NCBI GenBank assembly: GCA_008632985.1
Contig: QPGO01000264.1
Coordinates: forward strand, 1-64,000
Direction of reading: 5' to 3'
Source: Psammoneis japonica
Taxonomy: Eukaryota
DNA length: 64,000 nt
The notes beneath the pieces were generated by a model. The model was not told the DNA's origin and ran no database searches. It saw only the letters and a list, made by a program, of their open reading frames with translations. Both the position numbers and the translations under genes were made by a program. Shown here piece after piece: positions 22,729 to 34,640 of the stretch; positions within the stretch are counted from its first letter, which is position 1, and each line of letters begins with the position of its first letter.

Positions 22729-25258
22729 CTGCAGTCGTGAACCACCAAAGCAGCAATCAAGCTAGCCCAATGCCCAAGCCAGCAGCTCTTGGGACAACTT
22801 TAGAACAAGAAACAAGGTGCAAGACATTGGCTGAATCCACACATTTTGAAAACACACAACACGCTCCATGCCGCCTTTGAGGGCAGGCGAGCCCCATCCA
22901 ACTGAGATTCGGGTTGTGGCACGTCGAGTGGCACCCCCTTCCTTGGAGGTGCCACTCTCAGTCTTGCCGGGGAGCAACTCCTTGGCTCTCATGGGCCATC
23001 TTGCAGAAAAAAATTGCCGAGGAGCCGCTGCAGTCAGCTGCCTTGGCACAGTTGCTGCTCACAGTCATTGGAGACGAGAGCAACCTCGTCTGCCCTTCAT
23101 GTCCGGACTTTCCCAAAAGTGGCAGATTGCAGATTTTTTAAAACAAAGGGTGCTCCTCACCCTCAGACCACTCCATGCAATGTTCAATGCTGGTGTCCAC
23201 TTGAGCCACCCAGCACAGTGTGCATGGCATCAACTTCTGACATGACATGGTGTCAACTGCACAGCCGCCCCACATGACACAGTGTCAACTTGAGCCACCC
23301 CACATGATGCAGCATGTTCCTGCAGAAGTGTGGACAAAGATCAAAGCAAAGCAAGTGGAGAAGATCCAAAAACACACATTCAATCAAATGCCGTGCTGTG
23401 ATGCACTCACCGAGAATGTGCCAATGAAGAAACACATTTCGGGTTCAGAGGATGTTTTCATCAGCTTTTGTCAGTGATCAGGAATCGGATTGACACAAGC
23501 AGCTCTGATGGTGTCAACACAAAGTCAAAAATGCTCATTTTTGGCAGTGACAGCCATGGTTGCTGATGTTCCGTGTTGATGATGGTTGTGTGGTTGCAGA
23601 AACGGCTGTTTCAGAAAGCTCTCACGGTGTTTTGCCACGCGGGCAAAAGACGTAGAATCATCAAGGCTTCCTCCATGCGGTCCCTGGCATGGAACTCACC
23701 TGCGTGGTCCCTGGCATGAAACTTGCGGTGAGCAATGAGTTGTGAGTTGGAGAATTTATGACGTCATGCTTGCGTCGCGTTTGCTTGATGCTCCGAATGG
23801 TCTGTCCCTCAACAGCCTCGCCAAAAGCTAAACGCGCCCTTCGAAGTGCACGATTTTTTGCTCAAGGTTCACTTCTGATTGGCTGAGGAGAACTTCAACT
23901 CACATCTTTTGCTCAGTTTCTCTCGTAAATGTCCAGTGCAGTGCCAGCAAAAAACCGAATTGAGCCCTCATGACAAACTGAGCCCTTGTCCACCCCTGTG
24001 TTGAATCGATTGACAAAATGATGAAAAAACCAAGTGTTCAAACAGTTGTTGTTGCCACGACAATCTTCAATCACTGCTGCTTCTGACAACATGTTTGAAT
24101 TTGGGTGTTTCAGTTTTCTCCGGCTTCCCGTTGCCGTCGAACACAGTCGTTTGTGTTTTTTAAGCAAAAACGAGATTCAACAATTCTCGCGCAATTTTTT
24201 TGTCAAGACACGAACATCGCATGTCATCACTCCTCCATGCCACTTGCTGCACCCCAGAGCATGTTGAATTTTTTCTGGTGCTTGACACGCAGAAATCTGC
24301 AGGGGCACCAAATTGAGTCATTGCGGGAAAAAGGTGCAACTTTTGAAGCTGGGTCAAGCCAACCCCAAGCCCTTTTCACAACCACCAACCATGATCAAAG
24401 AACTTGTTTAGAGATGATGAAAAGCCAGGAAATGACAAGAAATGGTCAGTTTGAGGCCAATGTTGTGAGGCAAAAAATGGCGATTCAACATGTGGCAAAA
24501 ACAAGGACTCAATTCGGTTTTTTACTGGTGGGGCCCCATGTCATCTTTACACAGCTCATTCTGGTAGAACGAAACACGTAGGAACCTCGAGCTCCAAAAG
24601 CACATCTAAAATGCATCTAAAAAATGATTGCGAGCTCCGAAGCAAAAGCGCTTCTAAAATAGGAGTGTCAAAAGCTGCCGCAAATGTGAAGAAATCGCGG
24701 CGCTTTTTCCAACGTTTTAGTGGAATCAGAAACAAGGGAGTCTCTTTTGCCTTTTTCTCTCTTTTTTTCTTTTCCTTCTTCTTTCTTTCTTTCTCTTTTT
24801 TCTCCTCCTCTTCCTTCTTTTGGTCTAAAATGCGCTCCAGTAACATGGTATAAAAACCACCCTTCGCGCATCCCCGCAAAACTTCAAATTTGTCGCAAAC
24901 TTTATTTGTCACGCAGCATTCGGAGTAGATTGAGGGATCTCTTCCATACTTCTAGAGCGCCGCCTGCCTTGATAATGCCGACAGCGTTTGCACTGACTTT
25001 CTATCATGAATAAGGTTGACCGTTATTACGTCTTGGACTTCCAATATTTTTCTGAATGGATGGTATATCTCATAAATGAAGCATCTTCTGATTTTGATGC
25101 TACTGTATAGCTCTCCTTCTCCATCGCTTCGTCCATTCCTTTTCGTTGCTGCAGAATGCCGTGGCTTTCGTTGCTTCTTGCTGCAAATCAATGAGCTTCA
25201 CAGTCTTTACGATTTGCGGGTCTCTTGCTGCTCAACGATTTTCACGTTTGCGCTCCAA

Positions 25259-25888
25259 CTAGCTCTCTTTCAATCCCTTAAAAGACTTTATATCTTCCCC
25301 ATTGATCGTGCGCTGTTCATCTGGTATAAAAATAGGTCCGGCAGCTTTGAGAATGGCGTTCCACTCGAGATATCCAACGAAAACCACAGTGAGACCAACA
25401 ACCATGGCTGGAATTGCATATTGTTCTGGTATTTGATTGGCAACAAATAGAACACTGTCTATAGAAAAGAGGACGATGGCAGCCAACAATGCCTGGAAGG
25501 CACGTATTCGTTGGTTCTGCGTGCGCTCCATAAAAATTCGATATTAAAGATCCTTATCAAGACCAATGGCTGTCTTTCCGTACAAGGAAACAGATGCAAA
25601 TATCAATGTGCAGTACAGACCAAGGAGTGCTGCCAAAGAACTGTCTACCAAGGAAGCTTGACCCAAAATGTGGTCCACTACGGGCGTCCCATCAAGGTTG
25701 TATTACGAAAAATCATGATTTGTCATGGCCTCAACCGACGACGTCGAGACTAACGTGCTCACAAAGACGTACGGCTCGAAATCGCTCAAACGGAGAGTGG
25801 TTCGCTCGATGTCCTCCAAGACTTCCAACTCGTCTTCCAAGTCACTAAACACACACTCTGCATCTTCTTGATGTTGCGGTTGGACCAT
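25259..25888 (-). pseudogene. Multi-pass membrane protein of a diatom-type uncharacterised family, two in-frame TAA
   Basis: One frame MVQPQH...FEPYVFVSTLVS...LLGLYCTLIFASVSLYGKTAIGLDKDL*YRIFMERTQNQRIRAFQALL...LKES; stops at 25703-25705 and 25544-25546; several hydrophobic segments; normal TpA and Tyr content. Confidence 0.65.
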
Positions 25889-26144
25889 ACCCTGGAGCTT
25901 TGAATCTCGGATCTCGGCTAAAAAGACACTGCTTCACTCAGTGGGATTGTTCGCCAATTTAAATAGTGAGATCTATATTTGTCGTGACTCCCAGTCAACA
26001 GGGGGCCATTGATCGCCTCGCTAAACCTGTCTGCATCAAATCGGCAGGTTTAGTTGACGGGGAGGGAAAACCAGTGCCGAGATAAGATGGAACGGCCAAC
26101 CGTGGTGATCTCATCGCGACGACGACTCATCTGTGTTGGGCGAA

Positions 26145-27509
26145 GCTGTGAGCTGTTGGAAAGTTTGTGGTCGCTCGCGCAGTGATGCTGAGCCACCGTC
26201 CTGGCCATTGCATTTCATTCAAACGTTGTTGCAAAACTTGCTGAAACATGCATTTTGCTGAAACATGTTTCAGCAAAATCTGCTGAAACATGATGGTCCT
26301 GTTTGAGCAATTTTACTGCAACTGTGGTGGCGTTTTGCTCGTGCTCGTCTGTGAAACGACCGACAAACGTGCAACACCCAAACCCCGTCCACCATCGCAC
26401 GCCCATTGGGGCCCCACCCGACGAACGTTGAAAGCTGCCGTTGCAACGTCGACGGCTGCATGGCCCTCTCAACAAGCACGACAATCATCCCAAATGCAAA
26501 ATCCAATTGCAAAATCCAGCTGCACAATCAAATCGCGCACACTCGAATTGGTGCATTGGTGCATTGGTGCATTCTCACCTTTCTTGCATCTGAAATGGGT
26601 GCTGCAGCATGACACGAGCAATGAAGTTTTTCATCACGGCGATTGGTGTTCGGTGCACACATCGTGCACCGGAGGCATGTGGAATCCTGCAGGCAAAGCA
26701 GTTGATGGCCGTCATTTTTCTGAAAAGTCTTGGTGGATGTGCGCTGTGTTTTTTGATGCCTGTTTCACCTCCACAGCTGCGTGAGTGGCCCACGTCAATG
26801 AGCACAGCACAGTGCAGTGTCCAAACAAAAGATTCCAGCAGAATGAGGTGAGAAAAACCCTGAAAAAGAGGAAAAACACTTTGCTGCAGTGATTTTCCAT
26901 CGTGCCAAGGCCATTGTCGACTGCACGGTGACTGGGGTGCATCATCGCAGCACAGCATTGACGCAGCAGACTAACCAAAATGAGGGCTGCTTGAGCATTT
27001 TACTTTTGCAGCAATTCATTTGCTTTGAGCCTTGCCAAGGCACACTCAAAGGCACCAACTGCAATGGCAAGCTTGTGCTTCAATGTGCTGTGTGTTCATG
27101 AGCAGAGTTGGCGCCTGCAACATGGGCGGCATTTTTTTTCGTTCAGAAACTGAGCCACACATCGACACTCAATTTTGCTTGTTGCATTTTTCAGCAAAAT
27201 TTGCTGAAACATGGCATGTTTCAGCAATTGCTGAAACATTCAGCAGATTTCAGAAATTGCTGAAACATGCATTTTTGGTGATGCGCAACTCAGCTTTTGC
27301 TGAAACATGCAGCAAACGCAGGACTGAAATGCGTTTTTTAGTTGTGAGCATTGGCAACACTTGCAGCCGGGGTTTGCTCATTTCTGTTGAAATCGTGCGA
27401 TGTCACGTGTTTCAGCAGCTTGCCCGGATGGTGCTGTGAGCTGTTGGAAAGCACATGGTTGCTCGCGCAGTGATGCTGAGCCACCATCCTGGCCATTGCA
27501 TTTCATTCA
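26145..27509. mobile_element. About 1.2-kb segment with GCTGAAACATG motif clusters between 77-bp direct repeats
   Basis: 26145-26221 matches 27433-27509; GCTGAAACA/TGTTTCAGC clustered at 26240-26292 and 27190-27420. Confidence 0.6.
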
Positions 27510-28085
27510 TGCGTTGTTGCCTGTCACTGCTTGTTGGCTTTTCAACATGACACAAGATTGTGGCTTTGCCATTTTTTCCTGTTGCTTTGTGTTTGATGGT
27601 GATGAGTGCCTGCGAGGACTGCAAAGAGACGTCTGCAATCACATGTCACCACCGTGCTTCTTCCAAAAAGCGTTTTGATGTCACCATTGAGAAGCCACTG
27701 TTTGACTTCATGACTGTCAAGCCACACATTCAACAGAAGCAGATCAGAGCATGGTGGCAGCTGAGTTTCTCAGGTGACAGAAAATGAAGTTTGCTGGGGT
27801 GGAAGAAAACAACAACTCCTTGCTGCTGTCTGAACAGCAGATGAGTCTCCGTGCAGAGACCGTCACAGGAGCCGAAAGACTGGTGTCATGATGTCAGCAC
27901 TGCTGTCATTGTTCTTGTGAACCATGTGGTTCAAAAGCAAACTGCATCGTGCACTGCATGTGGAACTGAGAGCACACACAATTGTGTGTGACAAACTGAA
28001 ATCTTGTTCAAATCCTGTCACTCCCCAGTTTGCTTGAGGGGTCAACAGCAACAGATTCAAGGTCAGATTGCTCAAAGCTTCGGGA

Positions 28086-29280
28086 TCAAAGTTCCAAAAA
28101 CATCAGGGGACGAAGGAAGTTCCAGACCTGAGAGTGTCCCCAGTGCTTGCTGAGAATGTCAGCTGGGTTGCGGGAACCTTCGATGAAATGAAACTTGAGG
28201 AAACCAGAAGCAATTGCCTTGCGCACAAGGTGGAACAAGAGGTCGGTGTGTCGCTTGTGTAACTTGGAGTGTGGGATGGTGGCACCATCCACAACCGACT
28301 TGTTGTCCCCGAACATGTGACATGTTTCACGAATGGGGATGCAGAGGTGACGCAAGGTGATGCACAGATCAATGATCTGCTCTGCACAAGTCCTGGTGGC
28401 AACGAGACATGCCTTGTGTCTGCCGTCGTGCTTCACGTCACAAACCAAGTGCACGCAGATCTTCTTGTGTCCTGGTGGCATGTTGGAGTCCTTGCAGTGC
28501 CTGCAATCATGGGAGACTTTGCACTCATTGAGTTGATTCATCTCGAGGTCTCCGTTGCATCTCCCCACTTGCGGCTGCCATGGCACTTGTCAAGGGCCAG
28601 AGCATGCCTGCAGTCATGCGGCACTTTGCATGTGGGAGGAGCACAGCTTGGCTCTGTTGGCCATGTGGAACAGCTTCTTCTGGCACAGAGCTGTTGGCAG
28701 AAATTGCTTCCATCCATCAGTTTTGAGGAGTCCGTGTTCACATGCATGGATGGCAAAGGTTGTGGGGTCATCCTTGGCAATGATGGCTGGGGGATCAGAC
28801 ATGATCTCGTTGCTTTCCCAGTCAAGCATGACATTGCACAGTGGCTTGATCCTTTCCAGGAGGGATTGTGAGGTCTCAACAGTCCTTCATGCGACACGGT
28901 GCATCAGAATTTCCTGACAGTGACATCATCTTCTTCTTGCTCTGTGTGGTTGATGACACATTGCAGACAAGGATTTCTTCACACTCATTGTTGTTGATGG
29001 AGCAGATGAACTTGACGAGTTCAGGGTTGTCGCCAATCTCCCAGTCGTGATCTTTGACGGCTTTGACGATGCAAGCTTGGTGGTGCCATCCATCCTCTCG
29101 TGGCTTCATGAGGAAGGTGCATCCAACCACAATCTCAGGGTCAAAGACTGGCATCTTGGGCATCCTGATCTCATCCCCATCTGACAAATCCAATGAATCC
29201 GGTGGATCTTCAGAGCCGTGGCGGGATTTGATGATGGGTGCAGCAGTCTCCCCATCAGGAGGATCAAGATGCAAGATGCA
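28086..29280 (-). mobile_element. CoDi-type Copia pol fragment, internally deleted
   Basis: IIAKDDPTTFAIHACEHGLLKTDGWKQF; RT start PPGHKKICVHLVCDVKHDGRHKACLVA fused directly to RNase H EQIIDL...MFGDNKSVV...NPADILSKHWGHSQVW. Confidence 0.85.
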
Positions 29281-30579
29281 AGTTGCGCATCGATGGCACG
29301 TCGGTGGCGGAGCCAGGCAAGGACTTGGATCTGGGAGGTTTCTTGCCAGACCGGGCAGAGGGAGGTTGGTCGGGCAACAGGAGGCGTTGGAGGTTGCTGG
29401 GTGGCAAAGGCTTTTGCCTTGTCAAGTGCACCAGGATGGGGTTGTCATCCGTCCTGTTGCAGCATCATCAAACATGGGTGAATGATCAAAATGATCCACA
29501 ATGTGTGTGGGCTGATTGGCGCCACTCCAACAAAACGGCAAACCATTCAGATGAGCTGTTGCAACATCACCAACAGGGTGCTTGGCTGAGACAAAAACCA
29601 CTGGAAACATCATCTGTGGACAGTGGTGCAGTTGGTCAGAAGTGATCCCTGGCTGGGACAGAACAAGGGGGAGACAATGGAACAAAAAGATGAGGTCATC
29701 AGAGTCTTGCATTGTTGGCTGCAATGAATCACTGCCAAACTCTTCAATGCTGCATGGCTGGCTCTGCTTGCTCCTCTGTTTGAGTGCTGCAAAAGTTGCC
29801 TTTCTTCTCCAGCCCCCACATTGCAGTTTCACCAACTTCAACCCTCCTCTCAAAGTGCTCCTTTTGTGCTTGAGCATTGTCCACTAACAAGAGGGGCTCA
29901 TTGACACTGTCAGCAGGTGCAAAAGCAACAAGATGGCCATCTGGCGCTGAAAACTCATCTCAATTGCTTCTGGTCAAACAACTTCTTCTGTGTTGTGTCA
30001 GCTGTGAGTGCACAAGACACAAGGATGTGTCATGAAGATGCTGCAATGTCGTGTCAAGGGCCTGCCAATGCCGTGCATCTTGCACTCAACTCTGGATGCT
30101 CTGAGGATCAGAGGGGCATGTTTGTTTCTCTCTGCACAGGTTGAGGACAAACAAGAAGTCAATCAGATTGTGTGAGGCATCTGACAGCCAACATCTCAAG
30201 TTTTTGTGGCTGCTTTGAATTTGCACCTGGACATGCTGCAAAAGAGATTGCAATGTGCACATGGAGAGAAAGTGCCCATTTCAGACTTCATTTAGAAGGT
30301 CTGCCATCCATTGCACTCAGCCACAAAAGCAAAGTTGAAATGCCAGTCAAATGCCTTGCAATGCCAGTTCACAATGGACTCAATCAAGAGAAGGACAATC
30401 ATGGCATGTGAAGCACAGTGTCCACAGCAAGCAGAAAAATCAGCAAAGAAGCCCACCAGTCCTCCTGCCTTTGCAATTTTCTCATTGCATGGTCAAGCAC
30501 ACCTTTGCATGGCAACTCCTCAGTCACTGGGTCAGCTTTCTGTGCCATCAAACAACACTTGATGAGTCCTTTGGGACAC

Positions 30580-31035
30580 GTCCTTCCATGTTGAGATGAT
30601 GGTCAGATGCGGTCAATCTTCAGATTGCAGTGACCCACTTGGTGCAGCAGGACCAGCACTGTCTTGGCACATTTGTGCACCTCATTGTCAATCAAACTTT
30701 GCATTTCAGCTTGCAGGTTGAAGCTTTGGTCAGGTTCTGCCATGGACTGCAAGGCACAGTCACACCTTGTTTAACAACCCTGTGCTCCTCACACATTTCC
30801 TTGGTGCATCTGTTGGTCATTTCCGGTGCACCATCAGACACGACTTCCTGTGGTGCACCCACACAATGAATGAAGGACACCATTGCATTTGGGTGATCAC
30901 CCTCTGACTTCCAAGGGTGAAAATGGTCACAGCCACACCCATCAGTGATGACAGGGCCACTGGTGTCCCCACAAATGGGCTTTGCTTTGGAGAACATGTG
31001 GTCCATGCAGGAGTGGTCCTTCACATTGGGTGAAA
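30580..31035 (-). mobile_element. CoDi-type Copia integrase fragment
   Basis: TDGCGCDHFHPWKSEGDH...GAPQEVVSDGAPE...TVPCSPWQNL. Confidence 0.7.
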
Positions 31036-31039
31036 CAAG

Positions 31040-32640
31040 GCAGAAAAGTTCCACCGGCAGTGTGGCAAATGAAGCGAAAGCAAGACATGATCACTGGGAA
31101 AGTGAAGAAGTGGAAAGCGCGATTGAACACAGATGGCTCAAGAATGAGAAAAGGAAGGGACTGCAACAAGATGCACATGCCAGTTGCATCAAGAAACTCA
31201 ATGCAGCTGCTGCTTGCCCTTGCAGGGGCACATGGTTGGCACTCAAAGCAACTGGACTGCACTCTTGCCTTTCCCCAAGCACCAGTCAAAAAGGATCTGC
31301 ACATGAAGATCCCTTCTGGATTTGAGCCAGAAGGCGCAAACACAAAATGTTTGTTTCGTCTTGCACTTGCATTGAAATGTGCATGGACAGAAGCAGGCTG
31401 GGAGAGTCTGGAACAAGCATCTGGTGGACAAGCTGGTCAACAAGTTTGGTCATCAGCAGTCCAAGGTCAACCAGTGTGTGTTTCATCAAGGGAAAACCAT
31501 GTGTCTCTTGTGCACGGATGATTCGAAGCCTGTGGGTCCTGACGAATTGGAGATCGACAAGATCATCAAGGACATCAAGCAAGCAAAGCTCAACATTGAA
31601 GTGGAAGGTGACATTCAAGATTTCCTTGGCATTGACATCACCAGGATGAGCAGATTTTGCAGGACCTGCAATTGAACAACCCGAACACGGTTGGGAAGGA
31701 CATGCCAGCTGCATCTTCCAAGCTGCTGTCCAGGCATTCAGACTTGGCACCGTTTGACAACTCTTTCAATTGCCGGTCAATCATCAGTGAGCTCAACCAT
31801 CTGGAGAAATGCACATGAAGCGACATTGCATGCATTGCCCACCAATGCGCAAGGTTCACTGCGAATCCAAAGGCAGAGCATGGGCAAGCCATGTGGTGGT
31901 TGGGCAGATGCCTGCATGCCACACGAGACAAATGCACTGTCCTGTGACCAGACTCCAAAAGGGATCTGGAAGTGTGTGCAGACACAGATTTTAGTGGAAA
32001 CTAGGACACCAAGGAAGCAGGTCACGACAGAGACACTGCATGATCATGTCACGGCTACATCATCATGTGTGCTGGTTGCCTGATTTTATGGAAGTCGCAA
32101 CCACAGACCAAAATCACATTGTCAACTGCAGAGAGTGAGCACACAGGCTTGTTGCATGCATTGAGAGAGGCCATTCCCATGATGGAAATGCCAAAAGAAT
32201 TGAAATTGCGAGGCTTTCCCATCAGTGCAACTGCTGCGGAGATGCGCTGCAAAGTGTTTGAGGACAACAGTGGTGCGCTGGAGATGGCAAAGGTGCACAA
32301 GTGCAGGCCACGCACAAAGCACCTCAATGTGAAGCTGCACCACTTTTGCAATTGCATCAGTTGGAAAGAAACAACAACTCATTCCATTGACACTGCTGCT
32401 CAATTGGCCGATCATCTGACTAAAGCAATCAACTTGGACGTTTTGATGCAGTTGCAACCAAGAGCAATGGGATGGCAGGAGTCAACAGTTTTTGAATTGG
32501 ATTTGGCGTGCAACAATCTGAACAACATTTTCAGCATGCGTGAGATCAGAATGAGAGGGAGTGTGAAGACATCACATTTCACACGTCATGACATTGTGGC
32601 TCACTGTCCTAAAAACAACCTGGAAACGTCACTCATTTGA
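31040..32640 (+). mobile_element. Copia RT-RNase H fragment with PPT and probable start of a 3' LTR
   Basis: AVWQMKRK...KWKARLNTDGS, QLDCTLAFPQAP, HGQKQAGRVWN, LLCTDDS (YxDD), LSTAESEH, VFEDNSGALE, QLADHLTK; GAGAGGGAG (32553-32561) followed by TG. Confidence 0.85.
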
Positions 32641-33169
32641 GAAAAGCTCAGAGCCTCACATCTCCTCACAAAATTTGACTGCAGCTGTCATTGCAACACC
32701 TTTGATCACCCCATGCGCACCAGTTGTCACTGGCTGTTGCCACTTGATCTGCCATTGAGCATTTCAACAAATTCTACGTGGCAATGCACGGAGAAATTTA
32801 CAAAAGTTTTTTTTGCATCCGACGTCAATTGCTTGGCCATCATCTCTCACCAGGGCAGCAGGGCAATTCTACAATGCACACTCTTGTCGAATGTCATGGG
32901 CCCACAAGCTCTCATTCATGACAAGAGAAAGGGGGTTCATGCAGTTAAGAGAGAACATGAACACAGAATTGGGTTTCGTGCACGAATTCGCAGAGAGCAA
33001 CCAAGCACGGAAGTTGAATCGTTTTTGGCACTTGGTGTTCATGTCATGGCAGGCTTGGAATGTCGCCAGTGCCTGATTTGGTTTAGTTTGGTTGGTGTTC
33101 ACACACAATGACATTTTGGCTTGGCTTGTCCTTGTGGTTGGTGTGTTGCAGCCTGATGGCAGCAAAGGG

Positions 33170-34640
33170 ACAGACCAGCTCCATCTCCCCAATGGGGACA
33201 AGGAAATTCATGGTCCCCTGATGCAACGGCAAGTTGCTCTCACAATGGCAACACCAAACCTCGCATTGACAAATCCCCAAACTTCTGAACATGGCTTTTC
33301 CCACTTGGCAGAAACTTTGGAGTCCGTTGGTTGAAAGGTGTCTTGAGCCTTGTTTCAGACTGGGCCATCACACGACGCTGCGATGGGCACAAAAAGGTGG
33401 CATTGTTCAAGGAATGGCTTGAAGCATTTCTGCTTTTCTCCTTCTTTTGGTTTGCTGGAACCTGTTCTGAAGTCTGTGACAGACAAGATGCTGCATCAGC
33501 TTTGGCAACTGTTGTGTCCACGACAGCGCCCATCATCCATTCATGGAATCCTTGGGCTGGAACATCTCTTTGGTTGCCATCTTTCAACTTGATGTTGGTG
33601 GTTGCAGACTGTGGGCTGTCAGACTGACTGCTGGCACCTGAACTTCTAAAGGTGTGAACAGGATTGATTGGGGGGGGTGTCCCACACCACTGTGGAGGGC
33701 TTGAGAGCAAGAGACAACAGGTGGCTGAGCTTGCCCCATCCATGTTTTGTTGTGTCGGGAAATGACCAGGCCACCCTTTTTGTGCTGAAAGGCTTGCTGA
33801 ATGGAGAGTTTGCCGCCACATCCATCACAAGCCTTGGACAGGTCAGGGAGCTCTTTGCCACAGTGCAAAAAGAGGGTGCATCTCACAACTTGTGACGTGA
33901 GAGTTCAGCCCCATTCAATGCCAATGGGTGCATGGACAACCAAGCACCTTTTTGGTGCCATGCTTGAGTGCATGGGCTTGCATGGTGGTTGGATTCTGGA
34001 GGATGGATTTGAGGGCATCCTCATGTGATTCAGCCTTTCTCTCAGCTGCTGTGCTCATCACCTTGCACATCATGTCCTTGTGGACCACCATGGTAAATTT
34101 GGAGCAGCCGTGAGGTGAGTCAATCACTTGGGAGCATGTGAGAGTGCTTGCTTTGAAGTTTTGTTTCACTGACTCTTTTGAACACGATTGGAAGGGTGGA
34201 CAGAGCCAGCCTCAGATCGTCACGCCCACCAAACATTTGCCAAGAAGTGTGGGTGGGAATTGGTGCTTGACTGCATCTTCCATGTTTGCAAATGTTTCAC
34301 TGCAGTCTTCAACTGCTCAATGCATGTGTGGCCACTCATGCTGCAGTGACTTCTGCAGACCTGCACGAGCAGTCTGAGGGTGGCAAGTGACTGTCTTGGT
34401 TTGCCCTTGAAATGCAAAAGGTCCACTTCTGTGCTTTTTGATCTGCCCAGCTGTCAAAGGCTTCCTTCTTGCCATTGAAGGCCTCTTGGATGCCGACTGC
34501 CAGTTTTGATGGTGAAACCAAGGTCTCCACACAGGTCTTGGTGTTTTCCAGAGTCCGTTCTGGGACAAAAAGAACATTCTTGGAGTTGTTGGCTGGGTGG
34601 CAGAGCTGTGTCTGGAGCCTTTGGCTTGCACAGCAAGAAA
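33170..34640 (-). mobile_element. CRE-like non-LTR retrotransposon 3' part (RT end, zinc knuckle, restriction-like endonuclease)
   Basis: GFTIKTGSRH, AGLQKSLQHEW, LPDLSKACDGCGGKLSIQQAFQHKKGGLVISRHN, QRDVPAQGF...VVDTTVAKADAASC, AKWEKPCSEVWGFVNARFGVAIVRAT. Confidence 0.75.

Larger units (their letters stand above)
20042..24856 (+). mobile_element. Non-autonomous Dada-like element with intact TSD
   Basis: CCACCCTT at 20034-20041 and 24857-24864; 5' end GGGGCTCACAGTGCATGTCACTGGATCTTTT; 3' end is a CT tract plus AAAATGCGCTCCAGTAACATGGTATAAAAA; both end types recur at 44771-51160. Confidence 0.8.

Noticed and set aside
5141..25888. Alternative genetic code (TAA/TAG read as sense) to explain in-frame stops
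   Set aside because: Only three cases; both genes appear to end at TAA/TAG and the CRN-like gene also has a frame change; pseudogenisation is simpler
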